Below are positions 47,892 through 58,505 of a stretch of DNA of 64,000 nt, in pieces. A program made the position numbers and the translations under genes. The stretch spans positions 1,662-65,661 of the forward strand of contig JAFSYF010000153.1 in assembly GCA_017443695.1 (NCBI GenBank), given 5' to 3'. The notes beneath the pieces were generated by a model that was given only the letters and a program-made list of their open reading frames with translations, did no database searches and had not been told where the DNA came from. The DNA is from Butyrivibrio sp. (lineage in GTDB: Bacteria; Bacillota; Clostridia; Lachnospirales; Lachnospiraceae). Within the stretch, counting starts at the first letter, position 1. Each line of letters opens with the position of its first letter.

Positions 47892-49424
47892 ATGCATCAT
47901 ACGGAAACAAAACAATTCCTCCGCCGCCTGGTTCCGGTACTGCTGTTTGTGCTGCTGGTTGTACTGGGATTGATCGGCGCCACGAAACTTCTGGAACGGA
48001 AGGACAGCCGGGTGAAATACGCTTCTTTCTTCCAGGAAGCGGAGGAGGGACATCTGGACATCCTCCTGATGGGCAACTCCCATGTCATCAATGGCATCAG
48101 TCCGCTTCGCCTCTGGCAGACCTCTGGATATACGGCCTATAATATGGGCGGACATGGCAGTCCCATGCAGGCAACCTATTGGGAGTACCGTCTGGCCAGG
48201 CAGTACTGCCGGCCTCAGGTGGTGGTGGTGGATACCTATATGCTGGAACGGGATTACCAGTATCTCGATGAACCGGATGACATCACGGATCCGGATACGA
48301 CGATTGAACAGCTGCATCTGAACATGGATGCCTTTCCGCTGAACCGGATGAAGAAAGAGGCTCTGGAGGATCTGATCCATGATACGGATAAGAGGGAATC
48401 CTTCCGGCTGACGCTGCGTGTATACCATGACCGGTGGAAGTCTCTGACCGAAGAGGACTTTCGGGCATTACAGAAAGGGTATATCGGTTCAGGACTGATG
48501 GGCGCGGAGATACGCACCGGCATCAACAGGCATCCGGCCATCACGGCAGATCCCGGTTCAGAAGTTACTCCGTTGCAGAGTGAGACGGTGGGGACAAAGT
48601 ATCTGCGACGGATCATAGAAAGTTGCCAGGAGGACGGGATACAGATCATCCTGACACAGGTTCCTTTCAATACGGAGCTGGCAGACCGGGAGGCCACATA
48701 CACCGCACAGGCCATTGCAGCGGAGTATGGGATTCCGTTCTTTGTTTTTCCGCAGGATACCGTGGATCTGATGATTGATGAGAACGACGACGGTCACCTG
48801 AACCTGATGGGGATGATCCGGGCAACGGATGCACTGGGGGCCTTCCTGCAGCAGGAGACGGCGCTTGTGGATCACCGCGGAGATACCGCTTACGATCATT
48901 GTTATGAGCAGCTGGCCGGGCAGCATCAGCTTGCCATCACCAACAGGGTGATGGCAGAGGAAAGTGGTCTGCTGGAAAAGCTGCTGGCAGCGCAGGCCAT
49001 GGAGGATCAGGGACTGGTGCTCTATATCAACAGCGGCTCCGGGCTATGGTCGGATGAAGCGGCCCTGCGACTGATCGAACGGCTGGCGGGTACTCCCGCG
49101 GTATGGGAAGCCGCTGCCGGGGATACGCCCTACCTGCTGGTACGGGAGCCTCACGCAGACGGGCAGGGGGCAGTGAACTGCTGGGAGGCCTGGGGAGACG
49201 GTTCGCTGGAGGATGTGCCTTCCGCAATTGGACATCTGTATTACTACCCGGTGGAGCAGCGTTTTCGCTTCCTGTATACGGCAGAGGACATGGATGTCAA
49301 CTATCTGTATGATGATGCACACATCGATGAGGATGTGCGGCTGTTCTGTTACGGACCGGATGGCGAGACGACACCGGTACAGTATTTCCGTTCCATGGGT
49401 ACGGACTATCTGAGGGTGAAATGA
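47892..49424 (+). CDS. membrane-anchored SGNH-like acyltransferase partner (AlgJ/DltD-like)
   Basis: TM, 'MGNSH', 'YHDRWK', 'DDGHLN..G' DxxH motif; follows MBOAT. Confidence 0.7.
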   Translation: MHHTETKQFLRRLVPVLLFVLLVVLGLIGATKLLERKDSRVKYASFFQEAEEGHLDILLMGNSHVINGISPLRLWQTSGYTAYNMGGHGSPMQATYWEYRLARQYCRPQVVVVDTYMLERDYQYLDEPDDITDPDTTIEQLHLNMDAFPLNRMKKEALEDLIHDTDKRESFRLTLRVYHDRWKSLTEEDFRALQKGYIGSGLMGAEIRTGINRHPAITADPGSEVTPLQSETVGTKYLRRIIESCQEDGIQIILTQVPFNTELADREATYTAQAIAAEYGIPFFVFPQDTVDLMIDENDDGHLNLMGMIRATDALGAFLQQETALVDHRGDTAYDHCYEQLAGQHQLAITNRVMAEESGLLEKLLAAQAMEDQGLVLYINSGSGLWSDEAALRLIERLAGTPAVWEAAAGDTPYLLVREPHADGQGAVNCWEAWGDGSLEDVPSAIGHLYYYPVEQRFRFLYTAEDMDVNYLYDDAHIDEDVRLFCYGPDGETTPVQYFRSMGTDYLRVK

Positions 49425-49425
49425 G

Positions 49426-50601
49426 ATGATCCTGTTGGGCAAGGGACTGGCGTTGATTCTATGGCTGTTGTTGGCACCACTGGGGGCAGGGCTGCTGGTT
49501 GCCCGGTGTCTGCCGGACACACGCCGGACAGCGGGGGCGACCTACCTCTGCGGATTGCTGTCCTCCTTTGTGTTGTTTGAATTCGTCGCGATTCCGTGCA
49601 TGCTGCTGATACAGTACAGCGCCTTCACCTACACCACCGTGATCTACAGCATTCTGCTGATCGCACTTGCACTCACCGGATGGGTGCTTTCCTTCCGCGG
49701 GATCCTGAACACGCCGAATACATCGTCCTGGATCGTACTTTTTCCGGGAGAAACCATCGCGCGGGCGGAGTCGTTCCTGAGTCCCCGTACGGATCCCAGA
49801 CTGGTCAAGCCCCAGTATACCCGGGAGGGAATCATGTACTGGCTGCTGTTTGCGGGACTCGTGGCGTTTCAGCTGTATATGGCCGTGACAAGAGCCTCCT
49901 TTGACGGGGATGACGCGTATTATGTGGTGGAGTCGCTCCAGGCCCAGGAGATCGATGTGATGAATACCATCGTCCCATATACCGGGATCTCCACAGCACT
50001 GGATATGCGGCATGCCATGGCGGTGTTCACCATGTGGATCGCCTTCATCGCCAGACAGTCCGGGATCCACGCGACGATTGTCTCCCATACCATCATGCCG
50101 GTTCTGTTACTGCCTGTGAGTTATCTGATCCAGCTCGAAATCGGCCGCATCCTGCTGCGCAAGAGAAGAGGACAGCTGCCGATCTTCATGGTGCTGATCG
50201 GGCTGGTGCGGATGTTCGGGAATACCTCGATCTATACGGCAGAGACCTTTCTGATGATGCGGACCTGGCAGGGCAAGGCCATGGTGGCTAATTTCTCTCT
50301 GCCGCTCATTCTGTGGGTGTTCCTGTGGCTGTTTGAGGATTGCCGGAAGGAGAGCCGGCTCTGGCTGCAGGAGACCGGTGGTGGACGGTTCGCCAGGAAC
50401 AGTGCCTGGATCGTCCTGGTACTGGTATGTCTCTCCTCCGGCATCATGAGTTCGATGGGTGTGCTGTTCGGCAGCGGGTTGATCGGGGTGCTGGCATTCC
50501 TGCTGCTGTGTTACACCCGGGACTGGCGGATCATCCCGAAGACGGTTCTGGCGCTTGTTCCGAATGTGATCTACATGGCCGCGTATCTGTTTCTGAAATA
50601 G
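49426..50601 (+). CDS. DUF6077-like polytopic membrane protein
   Basis: 'DGDDAYYV', 'PYTG', 'F...RTWQGKA'. Confidence 0.65.
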   Translation: MILLGKGLALILWLLLAPLGAGLLVARCLPDTRRTAGATYLCGLLSSFVLFEFVAIPCMLLIQYSAFTYTTVIYSILLIALALTGWVLSFRGILNTPNTSSWIVLFPGETIARAESFLSPRTDPRLVKPQYTREGIMYWLLFAGLVAFQLYMAVTRASFDGDDAYYVVESLQAQEIDVMNTIVPYTGISTALDMRHAMAVFTMWIAFIARQSGIHATIVSHTIMPVLLLPVSYLIQLEIGRILLRKRRGQLPIFMVLIGLVRMFGNTSIYTAETFLMMRTWQGKAMVANFSLPLILWVFLWLFEDCRKESRLWLQETGGGRFARNSAWIVLVLVCLSSGIMSSMGVLFGSGLIGVLAFLLLCYTRDWRIIPKTVLALVPNVIYMAAYLFLK

Positions 50602-50612
50602 ATGGCAGCGTT

Positions 50613-51347
50613 TTACCTGCTGTAATCGGCAAGCAGCAGCTCCGCCATGCGCATATCCAGTGGGGTTGTGATTTTCAGGTTCGTCGCATCCCCATCCAGG
50701 ATACGTACCGGCGTCGGTGCCGGCGCATACTGCTGCCAGACCTGCACATCATCGGTAATGGCGGTGGCTGCTGCTGACGCATCCCTCAACAACGCCTCAT
50801 AGGCCTCCAGGATCTGCGGATAGCGGAATACCTGCGGCGTCTGCATGAGCCGGACAAACCTTCTGTCCGGCGTCTCCTGCGCACAGCCGGCCTCATCCAC
50901 GAGACGCACCGTATCCGTCGCCGGCGCAGCCACTGCACAGGCACCATGGCGCTGTACCAGCGCCGACAGCTGTTCGATCAGCGCCTCTGTGACAAAGGGC
51001 CGCGCCCCATCATGGATGAAGGCAGCCTCCGTATCCGGTGAAAGAGCCCGCAGCCCGTGACAGACGCTGATGTAGCGCTCCGCACCGCCAGGGACGACGG
51101 CACTCACCTTTGGATACCGCGCACAGACTTCCGAACCGTCCTGCGCCTGCAGAATCTCCCGGCGGAGTCTCTCCTCTCCTCCCGTCTCACAGACGATGAT
51201 GATCTCCTGAATGCATGCGCTCTTCTGAAAGACATCCAGCGCATAGGATAACAACGGCCGCCCCGCTAGCGGCAGATACTGCTTCGGGATGTCACTCCCC
51301 ATCCGCCGGCCGCTTCCTCCTGCCAGTAAGACGGCGCCTGCCTTCAT
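50613..51347 (-). CDS. ispD: 2-C-methyl-D-erythritol 4-phosphate cytidylyltransferase
   Basis: '[13 protein letters not shown]', 'GGAERY.SV', 'HDGARPF', 'QTPQ', 'TDD', 'NLKITTP.D'. Confidence 0.85.
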   Translation of the reverse strand: MKAGAVLLAGGSGRRMGSDIPKQYLPLAGRPLLSYALDVFQKSACIQEIIIVCETGGEERLRREILQAQDGSEVCARYPKVSAVVPGGAERYISVCHGLRALSPDTEAAFIHDGARPFVTEALIEQLSALVQRHGACAVAAPATDTVRLVDEAGCAQETPDRRFVRLMQTPQVFRYPQILEAYEALLRDASAAATAITDDVQVWQQYAPAPTPVRILDGDATNLKITTPLDMRMAELLLADYSR

Positions 51348-52414
51348 CCCCGGGCCCCCGCATTTGCATGATAGCGACGCTCCCTGTCTCCCAGAGGCAG
51401 ATCCGGCATGGCATTCAGTGTCATATCCGCGCGCTCGCCGCGCACAAAGCGGTAATAACCCGCCGCGCCGATCATGGCTGCATTGTCTGTACACAGGGAG
51501 GGCCTTGGTACATAGAAACGGATCCCATCCGCTTCACAGGCGGACTTCAGCCGCTGCCGCAGCGCGGAATTCGCTGCGACCCCGCCTGCCAGGGCGACCT
51601 GCTCCACCCCCAGCGCCCGCGCCGCCTGTACGGTATGCTCCGTCAGGATCTCCACCGCCGTCCACTGGAAGGAAGCCGCCAGATCCGGCACGGAGACAGG
51701 CTGCCCGTTCTGCTGCGCCTGATGCAGCGTATTCAGGACAGCAGATTTCAGACCGCTGAAACTGAAATCATATTCCGCACCCTCCACCTTTGTTCTGGGA
51801 AATTCAAACGCATGAGGGTTCCCCTCTCTGGCCGCCCGGTCGATCTTCGGTCCGCCGGGATAGCCCAGGCCAATGGCCCGCGCCACCTTGTCAAAGCACT
51901 CTCCCGCCGCGTCATCCCTGGTCTGTCCGATGATATCACAGATCCCATAATCCCGGACCAGAGCGAGATTGGTGTGTCCGCCGGAGACGACGAGACACAG
52001 AAACGGCGGTGTCAGTTCCGGATACTCGATATAATTCGCACTGATATGTCCCTCAATGTGGTGCACGCCGATGAGGGGCAGATCTGTGGCAAGGGCCAGG
52101 GCTTTGGCTGCCGATACCCCCACCAGCAGGGCGCCCACCAATCCCGGTCCGCAGGTAACGGCGATGCCGTCCATCTCTGTCAGCTGCCTGCCCGCCTGTG
52201 CCAGTGCCTGACGAATCACGAAGTTGATCTGCTCCACATGCTGTCTGGAAGCGATCTCCGGGACGACGCCGCCATAGATGGTGTGGGTGTCGATCTGGGA
52301 TGCGATCACATCCGAGAGAACCTGCCGCCCGTTTGCCACCACTGCGGCTGCCGTCTCGTCACAGCTCGACTCGACGGCCAGCAGGAGGATCTCCTTCTGC
52401 TCATTCTGCGTCAT
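51344..52414 (-). CDS. tsaD: tRNA t6A threonylcarbamoyltransferase TsaD
   Basis: 'ESSCDET', '[12 protein letters not shown]', 'HHIEGH', 'VSGGHT', 'DDAAGE.FDK', 'CTDNAAMI'. Confidence 0.96.
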   Translation of the reverse strand: MTQNEQKEILLLAVESSCDETAAAVVANGRQVLSDVIASQIDTHTIYGGVVPEIASRQHVEQINFVIRQALAQAGRQLTEMDGIAVTCGPGLVGALLVGVSAAKALALATDLPLIGVHHIEGHISANYIEYPELTPPFLCLVVSGGHTNLALVRDYGICDIIGQTRDDAAGECFDKVARAIGLGYPGGPKIDRAAREGNPHAFEFPRTKVEGAEYDFSFSGLKSAVLNTLHQAQQNGQPVSVPDLAASFQWTAVEILTEHTVQAARALGVEQVALAGGVAANSALRQRLKSACEADGIRFYVPRPSLCTDNAAMIGAAGYYRFVRGERADMTLNAMPDLPLGDRERRYHANAGARG

Positions 52415-52988
52415 TGCTGATCTCTTCCCATCCCAGAATCCGCCAGCGGCCATCATTGTCCTTTCTTAAGTAAAACATATAATCCACAGGCTGTGTACTG
52501 GTGCCGTGACGCAGGGCGAAGATACACCTCAGATTGGCGATCTCATAGCCGTCTATGGTACCGGTTTGCATATCAGCAGAGGATCCCACACTGAAATTGA
52601 CGATGGAATAATCCTCCGCCTTCTTGTCCTTCACCTCTTTCTCCAGACCATTGGGCCAGTTGACCTGATTGTTCAGCAGCTCCATGTCGAACAGACCCGC
52701 CAGCTTTGACGCCATGGTTGAGAACTCCTCATCTGTGTAGGTCTGCTTATACAGCGCCTGCATAATCCTCCCATAGAGTTCCACCACCTCACGTGCCGTG
52801 GGCGGATACTGCCTGTTCAGATCCAGCGTGGTGATCTGGGCCACCTCGGACAGCTTATTCTGTTCCCGGGAGGTGTTGTCCCTCGGACCCCTTTTCACCA
52901 GAAAAATGAACAGCCCCAGCACCAGCAGGGCAATGATGACCAGTGCGATGATGGTCTTGGTCAGTCGGCTTTTCTTTGCTTCATCCAT
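52401..52988 (-). CDS. membrane-anchored hypothetical protein (DUF6715-like)
   Basis: N-terminal TM, 'YPPT.REVV..Y', '[12 protein letters not shown]'. Confidence 0.6.
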   Translation of the reverse strand: MDEAKKSRLTKTIIALVIIALLVLGLFIFLVKRGPRDNTSREQNKLSEVAQITTLDLNRQYPPTAREVVELYGRIMQALYKQTYTDEEFSTMASKLAGLFDMELLNNQVNWPNGLEKEVKDKKAEDYSIVNFSVGSSADMQTGTIDGYEIANLRCIFALRHGTSTQPVDYMFYLRKDNDGRWRILGWEEISNDAE

Positions 52989-53916
52989 CTTTTTCCTCCT
53001 TCTCAAATCTCAGTTCCACCGTACGGCCGTCCTTGGCCGCAACTGTTGCCGGGAAGATCTGGCGTGTCTGCGGCAGGAACTGTGCGGGATTCACCAGGGA
53101 GGGGCTGTAATGCGTCAGCCACAGCTCTCCCACATGAGCTTTTTTCGCCAGCTCCGCTGCCTCATAGAAAGTCATATGCCGGTGTTCCTTCGCCTTCTGG
53201 AGCTTATCCGGCTCCCCATACATCCCCTCGCAGATGAACAGATCGGAATCCATGGCATTGCGGACGATGGACTGCGTGGGACGGGTATCCGTTACGTAGG
53301 TCAGGTGCAGCCCCTTCCTCGCGGCGCCCATGACCATATCCGGCGTAAATACACGGCCGTCCTCCCCCGTGACCGTTTCTCCCTTCTGGAGCCTGCCCCA
53401 GAAAGGCTTCGGAATCCCGCGGGCCATGGCCTCCTCCGGGTTGAACTTGCCGGCCCTGCTGAGAAAGAAAGTATAGCCATAGCAGAGCACATTGTGATTC
53501 ACCCGGAAGAAACGGATGGTGAAATCCGGCATTCCTTCCGGCAATAGCGACTCTTCCTCGCCGTCAATCTCATGATAGTTGATCTCAAAGGGCAGCTCCG
53601 GCGCGATGACACGCAGGGATTCCACAACCCGCCGCAGGCCTTTGGGCCCAATCAGCAGGAGTGGCTCCGTCCGCTCCGCATTGCCCATGGTTAAGAGCAT
53701 ACCGGGCAGACCACTGATATGATCCGCATGATAATGGGTAAAACAGATAATGTCAATGGGATTTGCACTGAAACCGCGGCGCTTCAGGGCGATCTGCGTG
53801 CCTTCCCCGCAGTCCACCAGGATACTCTTGCCGTTATACCGCACAAGGAGTGCGGTCAGATGACGGTTGGGCAGAGGCATCATCCCACCGGTGCCCAGCA
53901 GACAGACATCTATCAT
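52981..53916 (-). CDS. rnz: ribonuclease Z
   Basis: 'LGTGG', 'DCGEGTQ', 'THYHADH', 'TDTRP', 'LTHYS'. Confidence 0.93.
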   Translation of the reverse strand: MIDVCLLGTGGMMPLPNRHLTALLVRYNGKSILVDCGEGTQIALKRRGFSANPIDIICFTHYHADHISGLPGMLLTMGNAERTEPLLLIGPKGLRRVVESLRVIAPELPFEINYHEIDGEEESLLPEGMPDFTIRFFRVNHNVLCYGYTFFLSRAGKFNPEEAMARGIPKPFWGRLQKGETVTGEDGRVFTPDMVMGAARKGLHLTYVTDTRPTQSIVRNAMDSDLFICEGMYGEPDKLQKAKEHRHMTFYEAAELAKKAHVGELWLTHYSPSLVNPAQFLPQTRQIFPATVAAKDGRTVELRFEKEEKDG

Positions 53917-55139
53917 GGATTCCCTCTTTCTCTCAACCAGTAGATCGCGGCATCCTCCGTCGGATTCGTATAGAAACCGGGCCTTGTCCCCTCCGGGACG
54001 AAGCCCAGCCCCTCATAAAGGGCGATGGCCGCCTTATTGCCGCTGCGCACCTCCAGGGTATACGCATGGATCCCCAGTCCCCGTGCACGCTCCAGGAGCT
54101 GGCTCAGCATCTTGCGCGCCACATGGTGGCCGCGGTGCGCTTCGGCGACACAGACATTGGTGATCTCCCCCACGCCGGCCACATTCCGGATGCCACAGAG
54201 CGCAATGATTTCATTGTCCGCCTGATCCGGCTGTGTGACGAGATAGATCGTATCCTCTCTGTCTGCCGCCTCTGCCAGCTGCGCTCCGCTCCAGGCCTCC
54301 TGTCCGAGGCAGGCCCGCTCCAGCGCGGATGCCTCCGGCAGATCCGCCGGTGTGATGAGCCGGGTCCGATAGCGCACCTCCGGCTTCGCCCCGGCGGTAC
54401 CAGCCTTTCCTCCCGATAGCTTCCCTTCCAGGGCCTGTCGTTCTGCCTGGGACAGACGCATATAGTCCGGCGTGAACCGGTCCGCATCCGTGTACGCCGC
54501 CTCCCCCAGAGCCTCCACCCGGGCCTCTGCCAGCGCTGCCAGCGCATCCGCGCTCTGCCTGTCCCTGTGCAGGGGAGCGGCCGTCCATGGGCCATGCAAT
54601 AACGACGCCAGCTTCTCTCTGTACACCGGCACGCCATCCCCCAGGAACACCAGCGGTTCTTCGTCCCGGTTCAACGCCTCCGCCAACTCCTCCACCTGCC
54701 GGACTCCGCCGGACAAGAGCACCTGGGGCAGTGTACCCGTATCCGCCGCTGCAGGACACCGGTAGCACCCGGCGTAGACCTGTCCCCTGCGTGCATCCAT
54801 CATGGGAACAATCCGGCCCTCCGTCCCCCACAGGCGGTATGCCATGGCCTCCAGCGTCGGCACCGGTATGAGCGGCACCTCCAACGCGAGACACAGTGCC
54901 TTGGCTGTTGCCGCACCGATCCGCAGACCGGTAAAAGAACCCGGACCAGCCGCCACCGCGATGGCATCCAGTCCCTTCATCTCCAGTGAGAGCTTTTCCC
55001 GGATATCCTGCACCATCGGGAGCAGGATCTGGGAATGTGTTGTTCTGTGCTGGATACTGTAGAGTGCCCGCAGACAACCGTCCTCTGTCACGGCAACGGA
55101 ACAGACCAGGCCTGAGGTATCGATGGCAAGCAACTTCAT
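53913..55139 (-). CDS. tsaB: TsaB fused to RimI-like GNAT acetyltransferase
   Basis: 'LAIDTS', 'GPGSFTGLRIG', 'DARRGQVY', 'P.YMRLSQAER', then 'LEVRSGN.AAI.LY..GF...G.R.GFY..P.EDA'. Confidence 0.9.
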   Translation of the reverse strand: MKLLAIDTSGLVCSVAVTEDGCLRALYSIQHRTTHSQILLPMVQDIREKLSLEMKGLDAIAVAAGPGSFTGLRIGAATAKALCLALEVPLIPVPTLEAMAYRLWGTEGRIVPMMDARRGQVYAGCYRCPAAADTGTLPQVLLSGGVRQVEELAEALNRDEEPLVFLGDGVPVYREKLASLLHGPWTAAPLHRDRQSADALAALAEARVEALGEAAYTDADRFTPDYMRLSQAERQALEGKLSGGKAGTAGAKPEVRYRTRLITPADLPEASALERACLGQEAWSGAQLAEAADREDTIYLVTQPDQADNEIIALCGIRNVAGVGEITNVCVAEAHRGHHVARKMLSQLLERARGLGIHAYTLEVRSGNKAAIALYEGLGFVPEGTRPGFYTNPTEDAAIYWLRERGNP

Positions 55140-55140
55140 C

Positions 55141-55584
55141 CTATGCCTCCTCCCGGTTTGATCCATCTATCGTCACGCGCCGCACCTCCGGGCCACGCGC
55201 CGGCATATATTCCAGTCTGATCCGGACGGTATGCGGCGGCAGCGCTTCCAGAATGCGCTCTGCCCACTCAACGACACAGACACCGGTGCCATCCAGCACC
55301 TCATCCCCGCCGATCTCATAGAGTTCTGATACATCCTCGAGACGATACGCATCGAAATGATAGAGGGGGAGACGTCCCCCTTCATGTACCTGCAGAATCG
55401 TAAAAGTAGGGCTCGTCACAGGCCGGTCTATGCCCAGTCCCTGCGCGATGCCCTGCGTCAATACTGTCTTGCCCGCGCCCAGATCCCCGTCCAGTGCGTA
55501 GACATCACCGGGCCGTGCCTTCTGTCCCAGCCGAACACCGAGCGCGTGGGTTTCTGATGTAGATGTGGTCTCAAAAACCTCCAT
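55141..55584 (-). CDS. tsaE: t6A ATPase TsaE
   Basis: 'GDLGAGKT', 'SPTFTI', 'HFDAYRL', 'VEWA'. Confidence 0.95.
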   Translation of the reverse strand: MEVFETTSTSETHALGVRLGQKARPGDVYALDGDLGAGKTVLTQGIAQGLGIDRPVTSPTFTILQVHEGGRLPLYHFDAYRLEDVSELYEIGGDEVLDGTGVCVVEWAERILEALPPHTVRIRLEYMPARGPEVRRVTIDGSNREEA

Positions 55585-55591
55585 TCATACC

Positions 55592-56890
55592 CTAAGCAGC
55601 ATAATGCTTCAAGCGGAATTTCTGAACAGCCCGCTCCGTATCCACTCTCTCGATCTGTGCACCCAGACCCCGGAGCTTGACATCCAGATCCTCATAACCG
55701 CGTTCAATATAGCGGATGTCCTCAATGGTTGTGAAGCCCTCCGCACACAGACCAGCGATCACCAGTGCGGCACCAGCCCTTAAGTCCGGTGCGGAGATGT
55801 CCGCGCCGGTATAGCGGTCGACACCCTCGATGATGGCCGTGCTGCCCTCCACCTTGATATTGGCACCCATGCGGGTCAGCTCATCCACATACTTGAAACG
55901 GTTTTCAAAGATGGACTCCGTCACGATGCTGATCCCGCTGGCCACGCCCAGCGCCACCGTGATCTGCGGCTGCATATCCGTCGGAAAACCCGGATAGGGA
56001 AGAGTTTTGACATGGGTGTGGTTCAGTCTCCGTCCGGCGATGACCTGTACCACATCATCCATCTCACGGATCTGGCAACCCATCTCTATGAGCTTCGCCG
56101 AAATGGATTCCAGGTGCTTCGGGATGACGCCCCGGAGCGTTACATCCCCTTTCGTGGCCGCCGCCGCCATCATAAAGGTGCCGGCCTCGATCTGATCCGG
56201 AATGATCGTGTACTCCGCACCATGGAGACGCTCCACACCGCGGATACGGATCACATCCGTTCCGGCGCCCTTGATATTGGCCCCCATGCTGTTCAGGAAG
56301 TTGGCAAAATCCACCACATGCGGCTCCTTCGCCGCATTCTCGATAATGGTCTTGCCCTCTGCCAGTGCGGCTGCCATCATGATATTGATCGTGGCACCGA
56401 CGCTGACCACATCCAGGTAGATGTGGCTGCCTGTAAGCCGTGAAGCCTCCGCGGAGATCATGCCATGCTCGATGGAGACCCGCGCGCCCAGCGCGGTAAA
56501 TCCCTTGATGTGCTGGTCAATGGGGCGCAAACCGATGTTGCACCCGCCGGGGAGTACCACGTGTGCACTCCGGTAACGTCCGAGCATCGCACCGATCAGG
56601 TAATAGGATCCCCGGATCTTTTTCACCTGCTCGTTATCGATGGTACAGTCACGGACATGGGCCGCCCCGATACGGACACTGTGCCGGGTCAGGCGCCGGA
56701 TCTCAACGCCGATCCCCTCCATTGCCTCCAGAATCACGCCGGTATCCGCTTCATCCGGCATATTCTCAATGATCACCGGCTCATCTGTCATCATAGCTGC
56801 TGCCAGAATCGCCAGTGCCGCATTTTTTGCCCCGCCGATCTCTACTTCTCCGAACAGCGGGGTACCACCTTTAATCACATATTTTTCCAT
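55592..56890 (-). CDS. murA: UDP-N-acetylglucosamine 1-carboxyvinyltransferase
   Basis: 'GAKNAAL', 'PGGCNIG.RPID.H', 'PYPGFPTDMQ', 'DLRAGAAL', 'RGYE'. Confidence 0.96.
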   Translation of the reverse strand: MEKYVIKGGTPLFGEVEIGGAKNAALAILAAAMMTDEPVIIENMPDEADTGVILEAMEGIGVEIRRLTRHSVRIGAAHVRDCTIDNEQVKKIRGSYYLIGAMLGRYRSAHVVLPGGCNIGLRPIDQHIKGFTALGARVSIEHGMISAEASRLTGSHIYLDVVSVGATINIMMAAALAEGKTIIENAAKEPHVVDFANFLNSMGANIKGAGTDVIRIRGVERLHGAEYTIIPDQIEAGTFMMAAAATKGDVTLRGVIPKHLESISAKLIEMGCQIREMDDVVQVIAGRRLNHTHVKTLPYPGFPTDMQPQITVALGVASGISIVTESIFENRFKYVDELTRMGANIKVEGSTAIIEGVDRYTGADISAPDLRAGAALVIAGLCAEGFTTIEDIRYIERGYEDLDVKLRGLGAQIERVDTERAVQKFRLKHYAA

Positions 56891-56918
56891 AGTGACTTAT
56901 ATTAGCACAGTTTCTGAA

Positions 56919-58493
56919 TCAGTTCAAGTACTTCAGCGGATTGACCTGCACCCCGCCGATGAGGATCTCGAAATGCAGGTGGGGACCGGTACTGACACCG
57001 GTATTGCCGGACAGCGCGATCTTCTGCCCCTGGCTCACCGTCTGACCGACCTTGACCAGCACCTTGGACAGATGGCCATACCGGGTATCCCGCCCATCCG
57101 CGTGGTGGATATAGACGCAGTATCCGTATCCTTTGCCCCAGCCTGCCCGCGTCACGACACCTCCGTTGGATGCCACCACAGCGGTACCCACCGGTGTTGC
57201 CCAGTCCACGCCCTTATGATAGGAGCTGGCCCCCCTAGTGGGTCTGGAACGCCTGCCGAAGCCCGAGGTCAGCCGGCCACCGGAGATCGGCTTGATGTAG
57301 CTGGGCGGCACGATGGTTCCCCGCTCCACGATCTTGGCCACCGCCGGATAGGTCACTTCCTCCAGAACGATATCCCGCTTCTGTTCCATCCCGTTGACAC
57401 AGGTGACCTGCGCCACCACCCGCCGGTGGCCCGTGGAGGGCTCCTGCAGCGTCACGGTCTTCGTGGTGTACCAGCTGTCGTTGTCGACGTACTGAACCGG
57501 CGCCTCATAGTCCTCTTCGTAATACTCCTGCTGTGTGGTCACAACAGAGAGCTCCGGTCTGGGCACCATGACGATCAGCTCGTCCCCGGGACGGATCATG
57601 GAATGCTCATCCTCCAGGATCTCATTGCGCGCGATCAGTTCCTGCAGCGTCAGATCATAGGCTTCCGCGATCTCACCCAGCGTGTCTCCGGCTTTCACCT
57701 CATAGATCTCATTGGTCTCCTTATAGCCGGTGGTATCCTCTATGGCAGTCTGCAGATCGGTAAAAGCCCCGGCGGGCAGATAGCCCTCCACCACCTCCAC
57801 CTTCTCCCTGAAGTCCATGGACAGAAGACCCAGTTTGTAGTCTTCAATGCTGTCTCCATAGGTGATGGGTGCCGCCTCCCGCATCAGACGGTCCACCTCC
57901 GCATCGACACCGGCCAGGAGGAAGCCCGACCGGTTCCGCGCACGCCAGGGGTTCTCGGTCATACACTCCACTTTGGTCGTCAGCACATTGACCTCTCTCG
58001 TCGTATCCTGCACCAGTGACACCTGATACTCCCCGCTCTCATCGAACATCGACAGCGCGGTGTCTAACAGCGTTTCGACCTCCTCCCTGGACGCGAGGTT
58101 CACACTGAACTTGTTGATCTTGACAGTATAACCACGGCTCAGCGTCTCGACGCCGCTTTGAGACAGGATCTGTGTCATCCGCTCCGTCACATCGGCAGCA
58201 GCATCCACATTTCCCCAGAGCAGATCCTGACCGGTAAAAGTCATTTCCGCCTGCGCCAGTGTCAACTCTCTGTTACCGGCCGCCAGTGTCCTCCTGGCCT
58301 GACGCAGACACGCCCAGGCGTCCTCCCTGGAAGCGAGGACGCCAACCTGCTGACCATTCAGACTGACCATGAATACGGTATCCCCGGCCCGGACGAATCG
58401 GCGGTAAGACGGCATGAACAGCACCGCCAGAACCACTGCCACCAGAGATACCCGCCAGAAATTCAGCCGGAACCTGCGTAAGAACAATCCCAT
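56919..58493 (-). CDS. M23 family peptidase with LysM and G5 domains
   Basis: LysM 'YEVKAGDTLGEIA', G5 'VERGT', M23 'HKGVD..YGHL..STGPHLHFE'. Confidence 0.92.
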   Translation of the reverse strand: MGLFLRRFRLNFWRVSLVAVVLAVLFMPSYRRFVRAGDTVFMVSLNGQQVGVLASREDAWACLRQARRTLAAGNRELTLAQAEMTFTGQDLLWGNVDAAADVTERMTQILSQSGVETLSRGYTVKINKFSVNLASREEVETLLDTALSMFDESGEYQVSLVQDTTREVNVLTTKVECMTENPWRARNRSGFLLAGVDAEVDRLMREAAPITYGDSIEDYKLGLLSMDFREKVEVVEGYLPAGAFTDLQTAIEDTTGYKETNEIYEVKAGDTLGEIAEAYDLTLQELIARNEILEDEHSMIRPGDELIVMVPRPELSVVTTQQEYYEEDYEAPVQYVDNDSWYTTKTVTLQEPSTGHRRVVAQVTCVNGMEQKRDIVLEEVTYPAVAKIVERGTIVPPSYIKPISGGRLTSGFGRRSRPTRGASSYHKGVDWATPVGTAVVASNGGVVTRAGWGKGYGYCVYIHHADGRDTRYGHLSKVLVKVGQTVSQGQKIALSGNTGVSTGPHLHFEILIGGVQVNPLKYLN

Positions 58494-58505
58494 GACCGGT
58501 ACTGC

